A DNA stretch of 64,000 nt, taken from IMG/VR virus record IMGVR_UViG_643348570_000002; one strand, written 5' to 3'. Numbering within the stretch: position 1 is the stretch's first letter; the number at the start of each line of letters is the position of its first letter. Shown here piece by piece: positions 28,415-36,677 of the stretch. The stretch comes from an uncultured virus (IMG/VR IMGVR_UViG_643348570_000002). Lineage: Duplodnaviria; Heunggongvirae; Uroviricota; Caudoviricetes. The notes under the pieces were generated by a model. The model did no database searches. It was not told the origin of the DNA and worked only from the letters and a program-made list of their open reading frames with translations. The translations under genes were made by a program, and so were the position numbers.

Positions 28415-29068
28415 TTACGCACCAATCCCTTGCACGGCGTCGGCCTGCGCCAGCGCATCCGCCTCGAGCGCACGGCGCACCATGTCGCGGGTGCGGTTGC
28501 CGGGACAGAACTGGACGAGCCAGCTGTCGACGCGCTCGAGCAGCCCCGGATCGGCCGCCATCTTCCGCGTGCCGCCGGCATCGAGGATCTGGTCCGGGAG
28601 CCGCGCGAGGCGCTTCCGGCGCCGCCCGGTCTCGCCCTCGACGCGCCGCTTCTCGCGCAGGCTCAGGCTTTCCAGAATGATCTCGACCACGACGCTGTGC
28701 ATGAGGCGCACCTCGCCGTCGCACTGGCAGGGCACCCATTTGTAGAGCGGCGACCAGTCGCGCGAGCGGTAGGACTGCCAGGCCTTCAGGTCGAGCATGA
28801 GGAGCGCCGCGAGCTGCACATCGTCATCCGGGAGCGTGCCGACCGGGGTCTGCTTCTGGCTCAGGCAGAAGAGGTCGAAGGCGAGGCCGCGCACATCGGG
28901 CGGCGCCGAGAGCCGGAAGCGGCTGTTCAGCCACCGGTCATGGTGCCATGCCATGAAGAAATGCGTCGTGAGGCGCTGGTTCGGGTCCAGCGGATAGTCC
29001 GGCAGGTGCCCGGCCTCGATCAGCCGGGGCGCGGATCCTGCGGGAACGGATCGCGGGTGCGCTGTCAT
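28415..29068 (-). CDS. Putative replication initiator N-terminal domain protein
   Basis: WHHDRWLNS and PVGTLPDDDVQLAALL motifs; adjacent iterons. Confidence 0.65.
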   Translation of the reverse strand: MTAHPRSVPAGSAPRLIEAGHLPDYPLDPNQRLTTHFFMAWHHDRWLNSRFRLSAPPDVRGLAFDLFCLSQKQTPVGTLPDDDVQLAALLMLDLKAWQSYRSRDWSPLYKWVPCQCDGEVRLMHSVVVEIILESLSLREKRRVEGETGRRRKRLARLPDQILDAGGTRKMAADPGLLERVDSWLVQFCPGNRTRDMVRRALEADALAQADAVQGIGA

Positions 29069-29352
29069 GATGTCCCTCCCCGGCGCCGCTGCTCGCGCTG
29101 CAGCGCCGATCTGATGCTGGAATGGTCGCGCCGCAGGACGTTGCCGATCCGGGCCAGCGAGAAGCCCTCGCGACGCGCGATGAAACAGGCGAGGTCGCGG
29201 GCCTCAACGAGGCCTGGGAAGACGCGCGCGCCGGTGATCTCCTGCGGCTCCCAGCCCGTCGCCTCCGCGACCTCGGCGACGATCTCGGTGATCCGCGCGG
29301 GATGGCCGCGCGTGCGGATCAGGGCGGCGCGGGCAGCGTCTTCGAGCGTCAT
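29065..29352 (-). CDS. DnaA C-terminal-like HTH protein
   Basis: EARDLACFIARREGFSLARIGNVLRRDHSSI matches DnaA domain IV. Confidence 0.8.
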   Translation of the reverse strand: MTLEDAARAALIRTRGHPARITEIVAEVAEATGWEPQEITGARVFPGLVEARDLACFIARREGFSLARIGNVLRRDHSSIRSALQREQRRRGGTS

Positions 29353-29816
29353 GCGGCCCTCGTCTCGATGCGGCAGCGCTTCCTGCCGTGATAGGGCCGG
29401 TCCACCATCTCGCGCAGATCCATCGCCGCCCGCGTTTCGGCGGCGGCCGCGGCGAGGCGCTGGCGGAGGCGGAACTCGGCCAAGGGCAGCGCGCTCCAGC
29501 GGCAGATCCGCCGGCGCCCGAGCTTCATCTGCCGGGCGGCCTTCGTGATGGTGTTGTGGGCCACGCCGAAGGCCTTCTCCATGTCGCTGAGGCTCACACC
29601 CGCGCGCCACATCTCGGCGAAGTCCTCGGGCGGCACCCAGCGCGCCCATTCGTTGGGCGCTACCGGCCGCGGGCCGAGCCCGCGCAGCGCGGCCCGCTGC
29701 TGGACCGCCTGATAGCTGATGCCGAGCCGACGCCCGATCTCGGAGATGCTGAGACTCGGGTCCGCCCACAGCCTCCGCAGCTCGGCCTCGCTCGTGATCC
29801 TTCCGCGGTGGATCAT
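29349..29816 (-). CDS. Double-HTH phage protein
   Basis: Two W...S..(I/M)...G(I/V) HTH-like repeats. Confidence 0.6.
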   Translation of the reverse strand: MIHRGRITSEAELRRLWADPSLSISEIGRRLGISYQAVQQRAALRGLGPRPVAPNEWARWVPPEDFAEMWRAGVSLSDMEKAFGVAHNTITKAARQMKLGRRRICRWSALPLAEFRLRQRLAAAAAETRAAMDLREMVDRPYHGRKRCRIETRAA

Positions 29817-30331
29817 TGCTCCGGCCTCTCCGCATAGACGAAGACCGAGGTCTGGCGCGCGAGCGCTGCGCGCACCTCGTGCCAGATCCCGAGAGAGCTC
29901 GACCAGCCGCGGATGTCGGGCACCACGACCGCGGAGCAGCTATCGAGGATCGGGCGGCACCATTCGGACCAGAGCGCCCCATCGAGCGGATCGAGCACGG
30001 GCCGGGGATAGAGCGTTGCATGCACCGCCACGCCCGAGAGGGCGACGGGCGAAATGGCCGTGACGCCCACCTGCTGCAGCCGCACGATCTCGCGCCCGGC
30101 ATCGCCCATGGCGGCAGCCGACATGTCTGCCGACCATCGGCCTTCCCGGTCCACGGCGCGCAGGCTGTAGGGCGTGGCGAGATAGACCGGCCGGCCGAGC
30201 TTCGCGCGGCGCGCCACCAGCGCCGGGCCGGCACCGAAATGCAGGAGCCCCGCGTCCCGCGCGGGATGGGCACAGAGCGCGGTCCAGTCCGGGACGCGCG
30301 GCGGCGGCAAGGGATGCAGGGGCACAGTCAT
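29813..30331 (-). CDS. DUF1937-like protein (nucleoside deoxyribosyltransferase-like fold)
   Basis: VYLATPYS, ISPV and WSSSLGIWHE motifs. Confidence 0.75.
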   Translation of the reverse strand: MTVPLHPLPPPRVPDWTALCAHPARDAGLLHFGAGPALVARRAKLGRPVYLATPYSLRAVDREGRWSADMSAAAMGDAGREIVRLQQVGVTAISPVALSGVAVHATLYPRPVLDPLDGALWSEWCRPILDSCSAVVVPDIRGWSSSLGIWHEVRAALARQTSVFVYAERPEQ

Positions 30332-30468
30332 CGGCCATTCCCCCGCACGCCGCGGGCGCGGCGATGTGCCGAGTTGCAAATTGCCGAGTCAAAGCAGGCA
30401 CTTGACTCAATCTGAACGAATCGGGATATGGGAATGAGTGTGGTGGTCTGCCGCAAACAGACCACCAC

Positions 30469-30801
30469 ATGTGCGACACCCCGGCGCAGGTCACCAAACC
30501 GGGGTACCACCGGCATAGGCGGGAGAGAAGCCCGCCGTCTGCCACGCAGCCAAGGAAAGGAGTCCTTAGGGCTACGTACTATCACCCTATTACAGGGGTG
30601 CTTCTGAACGACATTGTCGTCTGCCGCAAGTCGCTGAATGGAATGGAGGCCGAGACGGCGCGCCAATTGCGTCGTGAAGGGCACAAGATCCAGGACATCG
30701 CCTCGCGACTGGGCACGAACCAAGGCCGCGTTGCCTCCGCGATCGGACGTGGCACCGGCAAGGTCGAAGATGACGATGGTGGAGAGCCCACGCTCTTCTG
30801 A
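30469..30801 (+). CDS. Small HTH protein, paralogue 1 (true start uncertain)
   Basis: HKIQDIASRLGTNQGRVA HTH; AAGGAG RBS precedes an in-frame AGG at 30568. Confidence 0.6.
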   Translation: MCDTPAQVTKPGYHRHRRERSPPSATQPRKGVLRATYYHPITGVLLNDIVVCRKSLNGMEAETARQLRREGHKIQDIASRLGTNQGRVASAIGRGTGKVEDDDGGEPTLF

Positions 30802-30975
30802 GGCAGCCGTAAAGGTGCCCAAGCCGCCGGCGCTACCTCGCGCCGTAGGCGATGCCGAGCCCCGGCGTCCGGAGGGAGGACGCACGTCGGGGCGAAGCTG
30901 AAGGCCAAGTAAATAGGAATGGTATCTGTCCCTTGAGTTGGATCTCAGGAGGGACGAAGGTAATGGAGGCCAATT

Positions 30976-31293
30976 ATGGCACAGGTCCGCCACCCAATGA
31001 CCGGGCTCACGATCAACGAGATCGAGGTTCGCTACGGACCCATATCCGATCTTGAGCGTGAGACTGCAAAGCACCTGCTTGCCGAGGCTCACCCGAGATG
31101 GGTGGTGGCGGCCATGATCGGTCGCTTTCCTCTGACGTTCAACGGCGCGGGCACGGCGCCGAAGGGGCGAAGGCAGAAGTTTGGCGGCAATCTTTCTACT
31201 CGGGAAGCCCGGCGCGACCCGCGTCAGGCCTCTATGGATGACCTCTTCGCTGACCTTTTCGGCGCTGAGGAAGTGCATGAGGACCAAAGCTAA
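30976..31293 (+). CDS. Small protein, paralogue 2
   Basis: GGAGG RBS; aligns by eye with paralogue 1 (HPxTG..N.I.V...E.ETA..L..E.H). Confidence 0.65.
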   Translation: MAQVRHPMTGLTINEIEVRYGPISDLERETAKHLLAEAHPRWVVAAMIGRFPLTFNGAGTAPKGRRQKFGGNLSTREARRDPRQASMDDLFADLFGAEEVHEDQS

Positions 31294-31673
31294 TCCTCCA
31301 AACCATCAAGGCCCAGCAGCAACGGCGGCAACTGGCCGCCGCGCTTGCACCGCAGGCGATCAAGAGCATTGAGAGCATCTTCCGGGAGATCGATCGGATG
31401 GTGCAGCTGCAACCTGTAGCAGACGACGCCGCCGAGGCCTTTCGACCAGTTCCACACGGCCGAGTCCGCGGAGGATGCATATTCCGGGCTCATGACAAGC
31501 TCGCGCGTCGGCAGCTGAGATCGACCGTCATGACCAACGCCACTCAGTTTGACGCGGCGGCCGACGATAGCGGACGGAAGGCCATTCCCGTCATGGTCTA
31601 TCCAGTCGCTCCAAGTTGCGAGCCACGGATCTCGCACCGCCTTGTGGATTTGATCTTGGGTCATCGTCACCAT
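31290..31673 (-). CDS. Hypothetical phage protein
   Basis: WIDHDGNGLP motif; within the early-right operon. Confidence 0.5.
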   Translation of the reverse strand: MVTMTQDQIHKAVRDPWLATWSDWIDHDGNGLPSAIVGRRVKLSGVGHDGRSQLPTRELVMSPEYASSADSAVWNWSKGLGGVVCYRLQLHHPIDLPEDALNALDRLRCKRGGQLPPLLLGLDGLED

Positions 31674-31833
31674 CTGAATTGCTGCCGGGGGATCGGCGCC
31701 ACCGCGCCCCGGCTCGCGGCGATCCAGCCCGGGGAGGAGGGCAGCGCCGAACAGAAAAGGCCGGGGGCAGAAGGAGCGAGCGCCCCCGGCTGAGTGGCCG
31801 CGACCAAGGCAGGCGCGGGCGCGGCGGCGATAT

Positions 31834-31986
31834 TCATGTGAGGATGGCCCATGTCGCGAGGACGTAGACGAGCGCATAGGCGAGTGCGGCCACGATCAGC
31901 CACCAGCCGGACGGCAGGCGGCGCTCCCGGGGCTCCGGGCTCTTGTGATGCGCCTCGTAGTGCTCGATCAGGGAAGAATATTTCAT
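31834..31986 (-). CDS. Small membrane protein
   Basis: 50 aa, LPSGWW followed by a TM helix; AAGGA RBS. Confidence 0.55.
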   Translation of the reverse strand: MKYSSLIEHYEAHHKSPEPRERRLPSGWWLIVAALAYALVYVLATWAILT

Positions 31987-32090
31987 GGCTTTTCCTTGCA
32001 GACGCCGATGCTTATCCGTCAGGCCCTTGGACGAGGCGCGGCTGGCCCGCACCTCGTAGAAGCGCCTGGTGATGTGCCAGCAGACCCGGA

Positions 32091-32432
32091 TCATGGCTGG
32101 CGGCTCTCCATCCGGGAGAAGACCACCTCCGCGCCCGCGATCATCATCACGGCGGTGACGTAGCGGAGGGAGGCATCGTGATCCTCGCGCAGCCAGTTGC
32201 GCACCTGCCGGGTGCTGACACCGAGCACGGGGGCTGCGCGCTCGGCCAGTTCAGCCTCGGAATTGGCAGGAAAGGCCCGGCGCAGCAGGTTGGAGAACCA
32301 TTTTCGGCTCGTTCTGGCGTGCTCGTCAGAATTGGCAGGATTTTTCCGCATGTTCGCTCCATCTTGTGCCTTGGCGAGAGGCTTTGATGACGAAGCGATT
32401 TCATGACGGGAGAAGGGGGCGGCGTAGGTCAT
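32091..32432 (-). CDS. CII-position HTH regulator
   Basis: LAERAAPVLGVSTRQVRNWL HTH; coupled to cro by TGATG. Confidence 0.7.
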   Translation of the reverse strand: MTYAAPFSRHEIASSSKPLAKAQDGANMRKNPANSDEHARTSRKWFSNLLRRAFPANSEAELAERAAPVLGVSTRQVRNWLREDHDASLRYVTAVMMIAGAEVVFSRMESRQP

Positions 32433-32668
32433 CACGCTGCCCCCGTTGCTTCTTCCTGAGAGACCAGCCCATGACCGGTAGCGGTCATCTCGGCGCCCGC
32501 CATGTGGGCGCGCAGGCGATCCACAACCTTCATGGTCGGGCTGGACTTGCCGTCCTTCCAGTCCTGCCATTGTCCCCACTTCGCGTTGATGGCCTCGCGC
32601 AACAGCTTCTGCGGACTGATCCCGCACGCCGCGCAATGGGCCTCGATGTCTGAGATGAGCTGTTCCAT
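32432..32668 (-). CDS. Cro-like repressor
   Basis: 78 aa, divergent from cI; GKSSPTMKVVDRLR motif. Confidence 0.8.
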   Translation of the reverse strand: MEQLISDIEAHCAACGISPQKLLREAINAKWGQWQDWKDGKSSPTMKVVDRLRAHMAGAEMTATGHGLVSQEEATGAA

Positions 32669-32675
32669 GGCGGGC

Positions 32676-32756
32676 AATATGGGGGAACTCCCCCATATTG
32701 GCAAGGGGAACTTCCCCATGGAACGGAGCCGGGGTATGGGGCACTTTCCCCACATG
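32676..32756. promoter_or_regulatory. OR-like region: three operators and PR
   Basis: Three GGGG-N5/6-CCCC dyads; TTGCCA-17-CATATT on the minus strand ending 7 nt before the cro ATG. Confidence 0.75.
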
Positions 32757-33422
32757 CAGAAAAAGACCCTGGACGCCTTTGTGCGTGGCCTGCAGATCGT
32801 CATGGAGGCTGAGGGCATCAAGATGAAGCCGCTCTCGGTAGCCGCAGGCATGGGCGAGTCTGGCGTGCGAGATCTGATCCGCAACGAGTCGTCGCCCAAG
32901 GTCGCCAACGCCTACGCCTTGGCCAGAGAGCTTGGGCGAACGGTCGATGAGATCATTCAGATCGGCATGACGGGAGATCTGAATGCGCGTCCGGCTCACG
33001 CGCCCATTGCGGTGGCGGGCTGCGTGGGTGCGGGTGCGCGGGTTGACCTCCTAGACGCCTACGAGAAGGGCGATGGAATGTACCATGTCGCCCGCCCCCC
33101 GCAGCTGAAGCCGCACGGCATAGTCGCGGTAGAGGTCAAGGGAGAGAGCATGATGCCGCTCTATCGCCCTGGATCGGTGCTCTTCTACACGCGTGCCGCC
33201 GCAGAGGGCGTGCCGGTCGAGGCGCTCAACACCCCTTGTGTCTGCGAGGACGCTGACGGAAGGGCATGGCTCAAGGTTGTAAAGGTGGGTAGCCAGGAGG
33301 GCACTTTCAGCCTCCTGTCGCTGAACCCGGATGCAGACAACATGCACGGCGTCCGGTTGAAGTGGGCAGCGCCTGTGCTGCTGACGCTTTCGCCCGATTA
33401 TGTGGAGCGTGTCTACGTCTGA
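32754..33422 (+). CDS. CI-like repressor (HTH + S24 autopeptidase)
   Basis: N-terminal HTH, VGAG cleavage site, VKGESM serine and LKVV lysine. Confidence 0.9.
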   Translation: MQKKTLDAFVRGLQIVMEAEGIKMKPLSVAAGMGESGVRDLIRNESSPKVANAYALARELGRTVDEIIQIGMTGDLNARPAHAPIAVAGCVGAGARVDLLDAYEKGDGMYHVARPPQLKPHGIVAVEVKGESMMPLYRPGSVLFYTRAAAEGVPVEALNTPCVCEDADGRAWLKVVKVGSQEGTFSLLSLNPDADNMHGVRLKWAAPVLLTLSPDYVERVYV

Positions 33423-33577
33423 TGGCGCTTGGTCGTCAGGCCGTCTGCTTCGCTCCGTGATAAAGCACAATTCACTTTCCGCCCGCCTCCGCGGGTTTCG
33501 GAGTGCCCGGCTTTAGCGCCGTCCTGTACCCGCCGGCAGTGGGGCCGATGGGGAGGCCGGCGCGATTCTGCACGCAA

Positions 33578-33631
33578 ATGGGGGTAAATCCCCAGTAGAG
33601 CGTTGACATGGGGAAACTCCCCCAATAGCTT
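33578..33631 (+). promoter_or_regulatory. OL-like region: two operators and PL
   Basis: ATGGGGGTAAATCCCCA and ATGGGGAAACTCCCCCA; TTGACA-17-TAGCTT brackets the second. Confidence 0.75.
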
Positions 33632-33777
33632 CTCGTCAGACGGTCGATCCTTGACCGTGCATTTGACGGGAGACTGCCCATGATCCTCCAGCCGCTGGCT
33701 TGGGCCAGCCTGCTCGCCAACGCCGGGGCGCGCCTGTCCCGTTCTGGCAACCGCTGCCACATCGCGGAGGCCCGGCC

Positions 33778-33975
33778 ATGACCGCCACCGCCATCCGCTA
33801 CCCGGCCTCGACGCCGATTGCCCGTTTCGCCCTCCTCGACCTGACCGAGCCGCAGCTGCGCCGGCTGCTCGCCGCGGCCGAGGCAGGGCTCCCGCAACTC
33901 GACACTGCCGATGAGGAGCCCGGGGCCGAGGTCGACACCATCCTCGCCCAGGCGCGGGAGGCGCTCGGGCAATGA
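33778..33975 (+). CDS. Hypothetical early phage protein
   Basis: ATGA-coupled ORF in the early-left operon. Confidence 0.5.
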   Translation: MTATAIRYPASTPIARFALLDLTEPQLRRLLAAAEAGLPQLDTADEEPGAEVDTILAQAREALGQ

Positions 33976-34304
33976 AACAGGATCTCCCCCTCTCGCCCCG
34001 CGCGCTCAACATGGCCCGCCATCACGCCGAGCACGCGCCCACGCCCGAGATCCGCGAGGCCGCCAGCCGCCTTCTGACGGATCACGAGCTGGCCATCGCC
34101 ATGGGCCGCCCGCTGCACCGTGCGGTGCCGCGGCCGACCTTCCGGACGAGCAGGCCCAGCCCGCTCGGGCCGAACCTGACCGGCTTGCTCTTGGGGGCGC
34201 TGGCGCTCTTGGGCTTCCTCTTCGTCGCCACCGTCCTCTGGGCCCACGCCACCGACGTCGCCGAGACCATGCGCCAGCAGGCCAACGCCATGCGGGGCAT
34301 GTGA
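33972..34304 (+). CDS. Hypothetical membrane protein
   Basis: 110 aa, C-terminal TM helix, coupled. Confidence 0.55.
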   Translation: MKQDLPLSPRALNMARHHAEHAPTPEIREAASRLLTDHELAIAMGRPLHRAVPRPTFRTSRPSPLGPNLTGLLLGALALLGFLFVATVLWAHATDVAETMRQQANAMRGM

Positions 34305-34699
34305 TGGAGGCCGCCCCGCAGCCCGCGCCGCGCGCGCATCCCGTTCCGGTCGAGAGCTTCAGCGCGGCCGATCTCGACCGCATGGCCGCGGCCATCGACA
34401 GCGGCCGGATCCGCAAGCCGCCGATGAAGGAGACGCCCGCCGACCGCGCCGTGGCGGAGGCCGCCTATCAGGTCGCGGCCGACGAGCTCCGCCAGTTCAT
34501 TGAGCGCTACGAGCAGCTCGAGGCCGAGAAGAAGGAGATCGGCGGCCAGCAGAAGGAGCTGATGGCCGAGGCGAAGGGCAGGGGCTACGCGCCGAAGATC
34601 CTCAGGATGATCGTGGCGCTCCGGAAGCGCACGCCTGACGACATCGCCGAGGAGGAGACCCTCCTCGAGCTCTACAAGGCCGCCCTTGGCATGGCCTGA
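34304..34699 (+). CDS. DUF2312 / GapR-like DNA-binding protein
   Basis: VAADELRQFIER.E.LE.EKK...AEAKGRGY...LELYKAALGM signature. Confidence 0.88.
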   Translation: MEAAPQPAPRAHPVPVESFSAADLDRMAAAIDSGRIRKPPMKETPADRAVAEAAYQVAADELRQFIERYEQLEAEKKEIGGQQKELMAEAKGRGYAPKILRMIVALRKRTPDDIAEEETLLELYKAALGMA

Positions 34700-34796
34700 C
34701 ACGACCCCTGCGCGGCGGGCAATCCGCGCACCCTCCCGTTGCAACTCCCCGGCCTCAGGGCCGGGGCCTCTTCCTCCGCGGATACAGGAGCCCCCC

Positions 34797-34949
34797 ATGA
34801 CCCTCATCCCTGCCACCGATCTCCTCCTGCATCAGCTCCATCAGGAGATCGTCCGCCAAGCCCGCCGTCCGTTCTGCCGCTGCCTCGGCGCCGACGATTA
34901 TTGCGCCTGCCAGGGCGCCCGCACGGAGGCCGGCCATGAGCGCGGGTGA
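34797..34949 (+). CDS. Small Cys-rich hypothetical protein
   Basis: AGGAG RBS; CxC...CxC. Confidence 0.45.
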   Translation: MTLIPATDLLLHQLHQEIVRQARRPFCRCLGADDYCACQGARTEAGHERG

Positions 34950-35145
34950 CATGACGAAGGAGCAATTCGTCGAAGCCTTCGTGGCGCGGTGTGTCTCCGT
35001 CGCCGGCCCGACCTTCGACGACGGCTCGTCCATCGCCGATTACGCCCGCGAGGTGGCGCTCAGCTACTGGGCCGATGACCACCAGCGTGAGGATGGCCCG
35101 GAAGCCTGCGCCGACGCCGACATGTCGTATTGGGGCGAGGACTGA
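34936..35145 (+). CDS. Hypothetical phage protein
   Basis: GGAGG RBS, 69 aa, acidic. Confidence 0.55.
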   Translation: MSAGDMTKEQFVEAFVARCVSVAGPTFDDGSSIADYAREVALSYWADDHQREDGPEACADADMSYWGED

Positions 35146-35147
35146 AC

Positions 35148-35351
35148 ATGCTTGACCGCGACCAGATCGACATCTTCGCGCGCGACGAGATCCTCTCCGC
35201 CTGGGCCGAAGCCGTCGCCGCCGTGTCCCCGCACCTGCCGGGCGGCCAGCCCATGCCCGTTGACCGGATCGGCATCGCCCGGCGGATCGCGCAGCGCCTC
35301 GGCTGCACGGCCGAGCGCGTGCACGAGGTGGTGGGGGCGGCCGATGGGTGA
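35148..35351 (+). CDS. Hypothetical phage protein (HTH-like)
   Basis: GAGG RBS; RIAQRLGCTAERV. Confidence 0.5.
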   Translation: MLDRDQIDIFARDEILSAWAEAVAAVSPHLPGGQPMPVDRIGIARRIAQRLGCTAERVHEVVGAADG

Positions 35352-35631
35352 CATGAGCCAGCACCAGATTGAGCTTGCCCGTCACGCCCTCGGCCTGCCG
35401 AACAGGCGCCAGCAGAGCTACCGCAATCATTTCGTCACCGGGCCCGGCGCTCCTGATTACGACGCATGGGCGGCCATGGTCGCGGATGGCTTTGCCAAGA
35501 AATACCGTGCCAGCGTGCTTTCTAGCGGAGATCCCGTCTTCATCCTCACGCCCAAGGGCGCCACGGCCGCTCTGGAACGCGGCGAGCGGCTGGATCCTGA
35601 AGACTTCCCGACGCAGGTGGCCCATGGCTGA
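35344..35631 (+). CDS. Hypothetical phage protein
   Basis: ARHALGL...SYRNHFV motif seen in phage early genes. Confidence 0.6.
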   Translation: MGDMSQHQIELARHALGLPNRRQQSYRNHFVTGPGAPDYDAWAAMVADGFAKKYRASVLSSGDPVFILTPKGATAALERGERLDPEDFPTQVAHG

Positions 35632-35887
35632 GCCAGTCCTCGACCTCTTCGGCTTCCGCAAGCCGCGCTCCCCGCGGCGCGTGATGATGCGCGCCGCCGA
35701 CGTCGGCCAAGCGCCGGGTCTCAAGCCGGGTTGGCGCACAACGCGGGGCGGGCACTTCGTCTGCCCCCGCTGCGGCCACGATGCGGGATGGCGCTTTGAC
35801 ATGACCGAGGCCGAGATCCGGGCTGGCGTCGCGTGCCCGATCTGCAACCCGCAGCCCGCCGAGGTGGCGCATGCCCATCTGTCCTGA
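35624..35887 (+). CDS. Zinc-ribbon protein
   Basis: CPRCG...CPICN; coupled. Confidence 0.6.
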   Translation: MAEPVLDLFGFRKPRSPRRVMMRAADVGQAPGLKPGWRTTRGGHFVCPRCGHDAGWRFDMTEAEIRAGVACPICNPQPAEVAHAHLS

Positions 35888-36131
35888 CAGGCCGCGCCCC
35901 TTCACCTGCGCAATCTGCGGAGAGCGCCGCGAGTACCGCTGGCCCGGACCGGTGCAGTGCTGGCCGGTCGAGCCGGTCTGCCGCTGGTGCGAGCAGACCT
36001 TCGGGACCGTCATTCCCGCGCCCGGGGCTTTCCGGGACCGGCGGCTCCTCTCTGTGTTCTCCGCCCTCGCGGAGGCCCTGCACACCGAGGCGGCCCACCA
36101 GCACTACAGGAGGCACTATGGAACCGCGTGA
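35871..36131 (+). CDS. Zinc-finger-like hypothetical protein
   Basis: CAIC...CRWC; GAGG RBS. Confidence 0.5.
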   Translation: MPICPDRPRPFTCAICGERREYRWPGPVQCWPVEPVCRWCEQTFGTVIPAPGAFRDRRLLSVFSALAEALHTEAAHQHYRRHYGTA

Positions 36132-36372
36132 TTACGCGTCGACCCCCGTAGCCGACAGCCTCGGGCTGCATGGCATGATCTCCGGCCTTGCCGGGGATCT
36201 GCGCGACATGCGTGCGGGCAAGATCAGCCCGGCCGATGGACTCGCCCGCGCCGCCGTGGCGAAGCAGATCTTCAACGGGGTTCGCCTCTATCTGACGGCC
36301 GTAAAGACCCTCGAGGCTCCAGCACGGGGCCGGCAGGAGCCCCAGATGATCCAAGGGCACGCCAATGGCTGA
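36118..36372 (+). CDS. Hypothetical phage protein
   Basis: AGGAGG RBS, 84 aa. Confidence 0.55.
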   Translation: MEPRDYASTPVADSLGLHGMISGLAGDLRDMRAGKISPADGLARAAVAKQIFNGVRLYLTAVKTLEAPARGRQEPQMIQGHANG

Positions 36373-36677
36373 TCGTTGGATAAATTGTCCGGCTTTTGAT
36401 TCAATCGAAAGTGGTAGCGCTTACTTAACCAATATTGGTGCATACATGCGCTATCGAGCCAATAAACTCATCAACTTACTGGACCTCCCACCCGCCCCCG
36501 CAGGATCGGCAGCACCCACCTGCGCTACTAGCCTGTGCTTGCGCCTCAGGGCGCGAGGGGTCATCCGCGCCGGACACGCAAGACCTCTAGGTCGTCCGGC
36601 CCCCAGGCATAGCAGCCTCCCCACATCCGCGCGCAACGTGTCGCCTGCCGCCTTACGGTATCTGCCGGAGGTGCAGC

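Noticed and set aside
36540..36600. Hammerhead ribozyme in the structured leader
   Set aside because: CGGATGA only resembles CUGAUGA and there is no correctly placed GAAA
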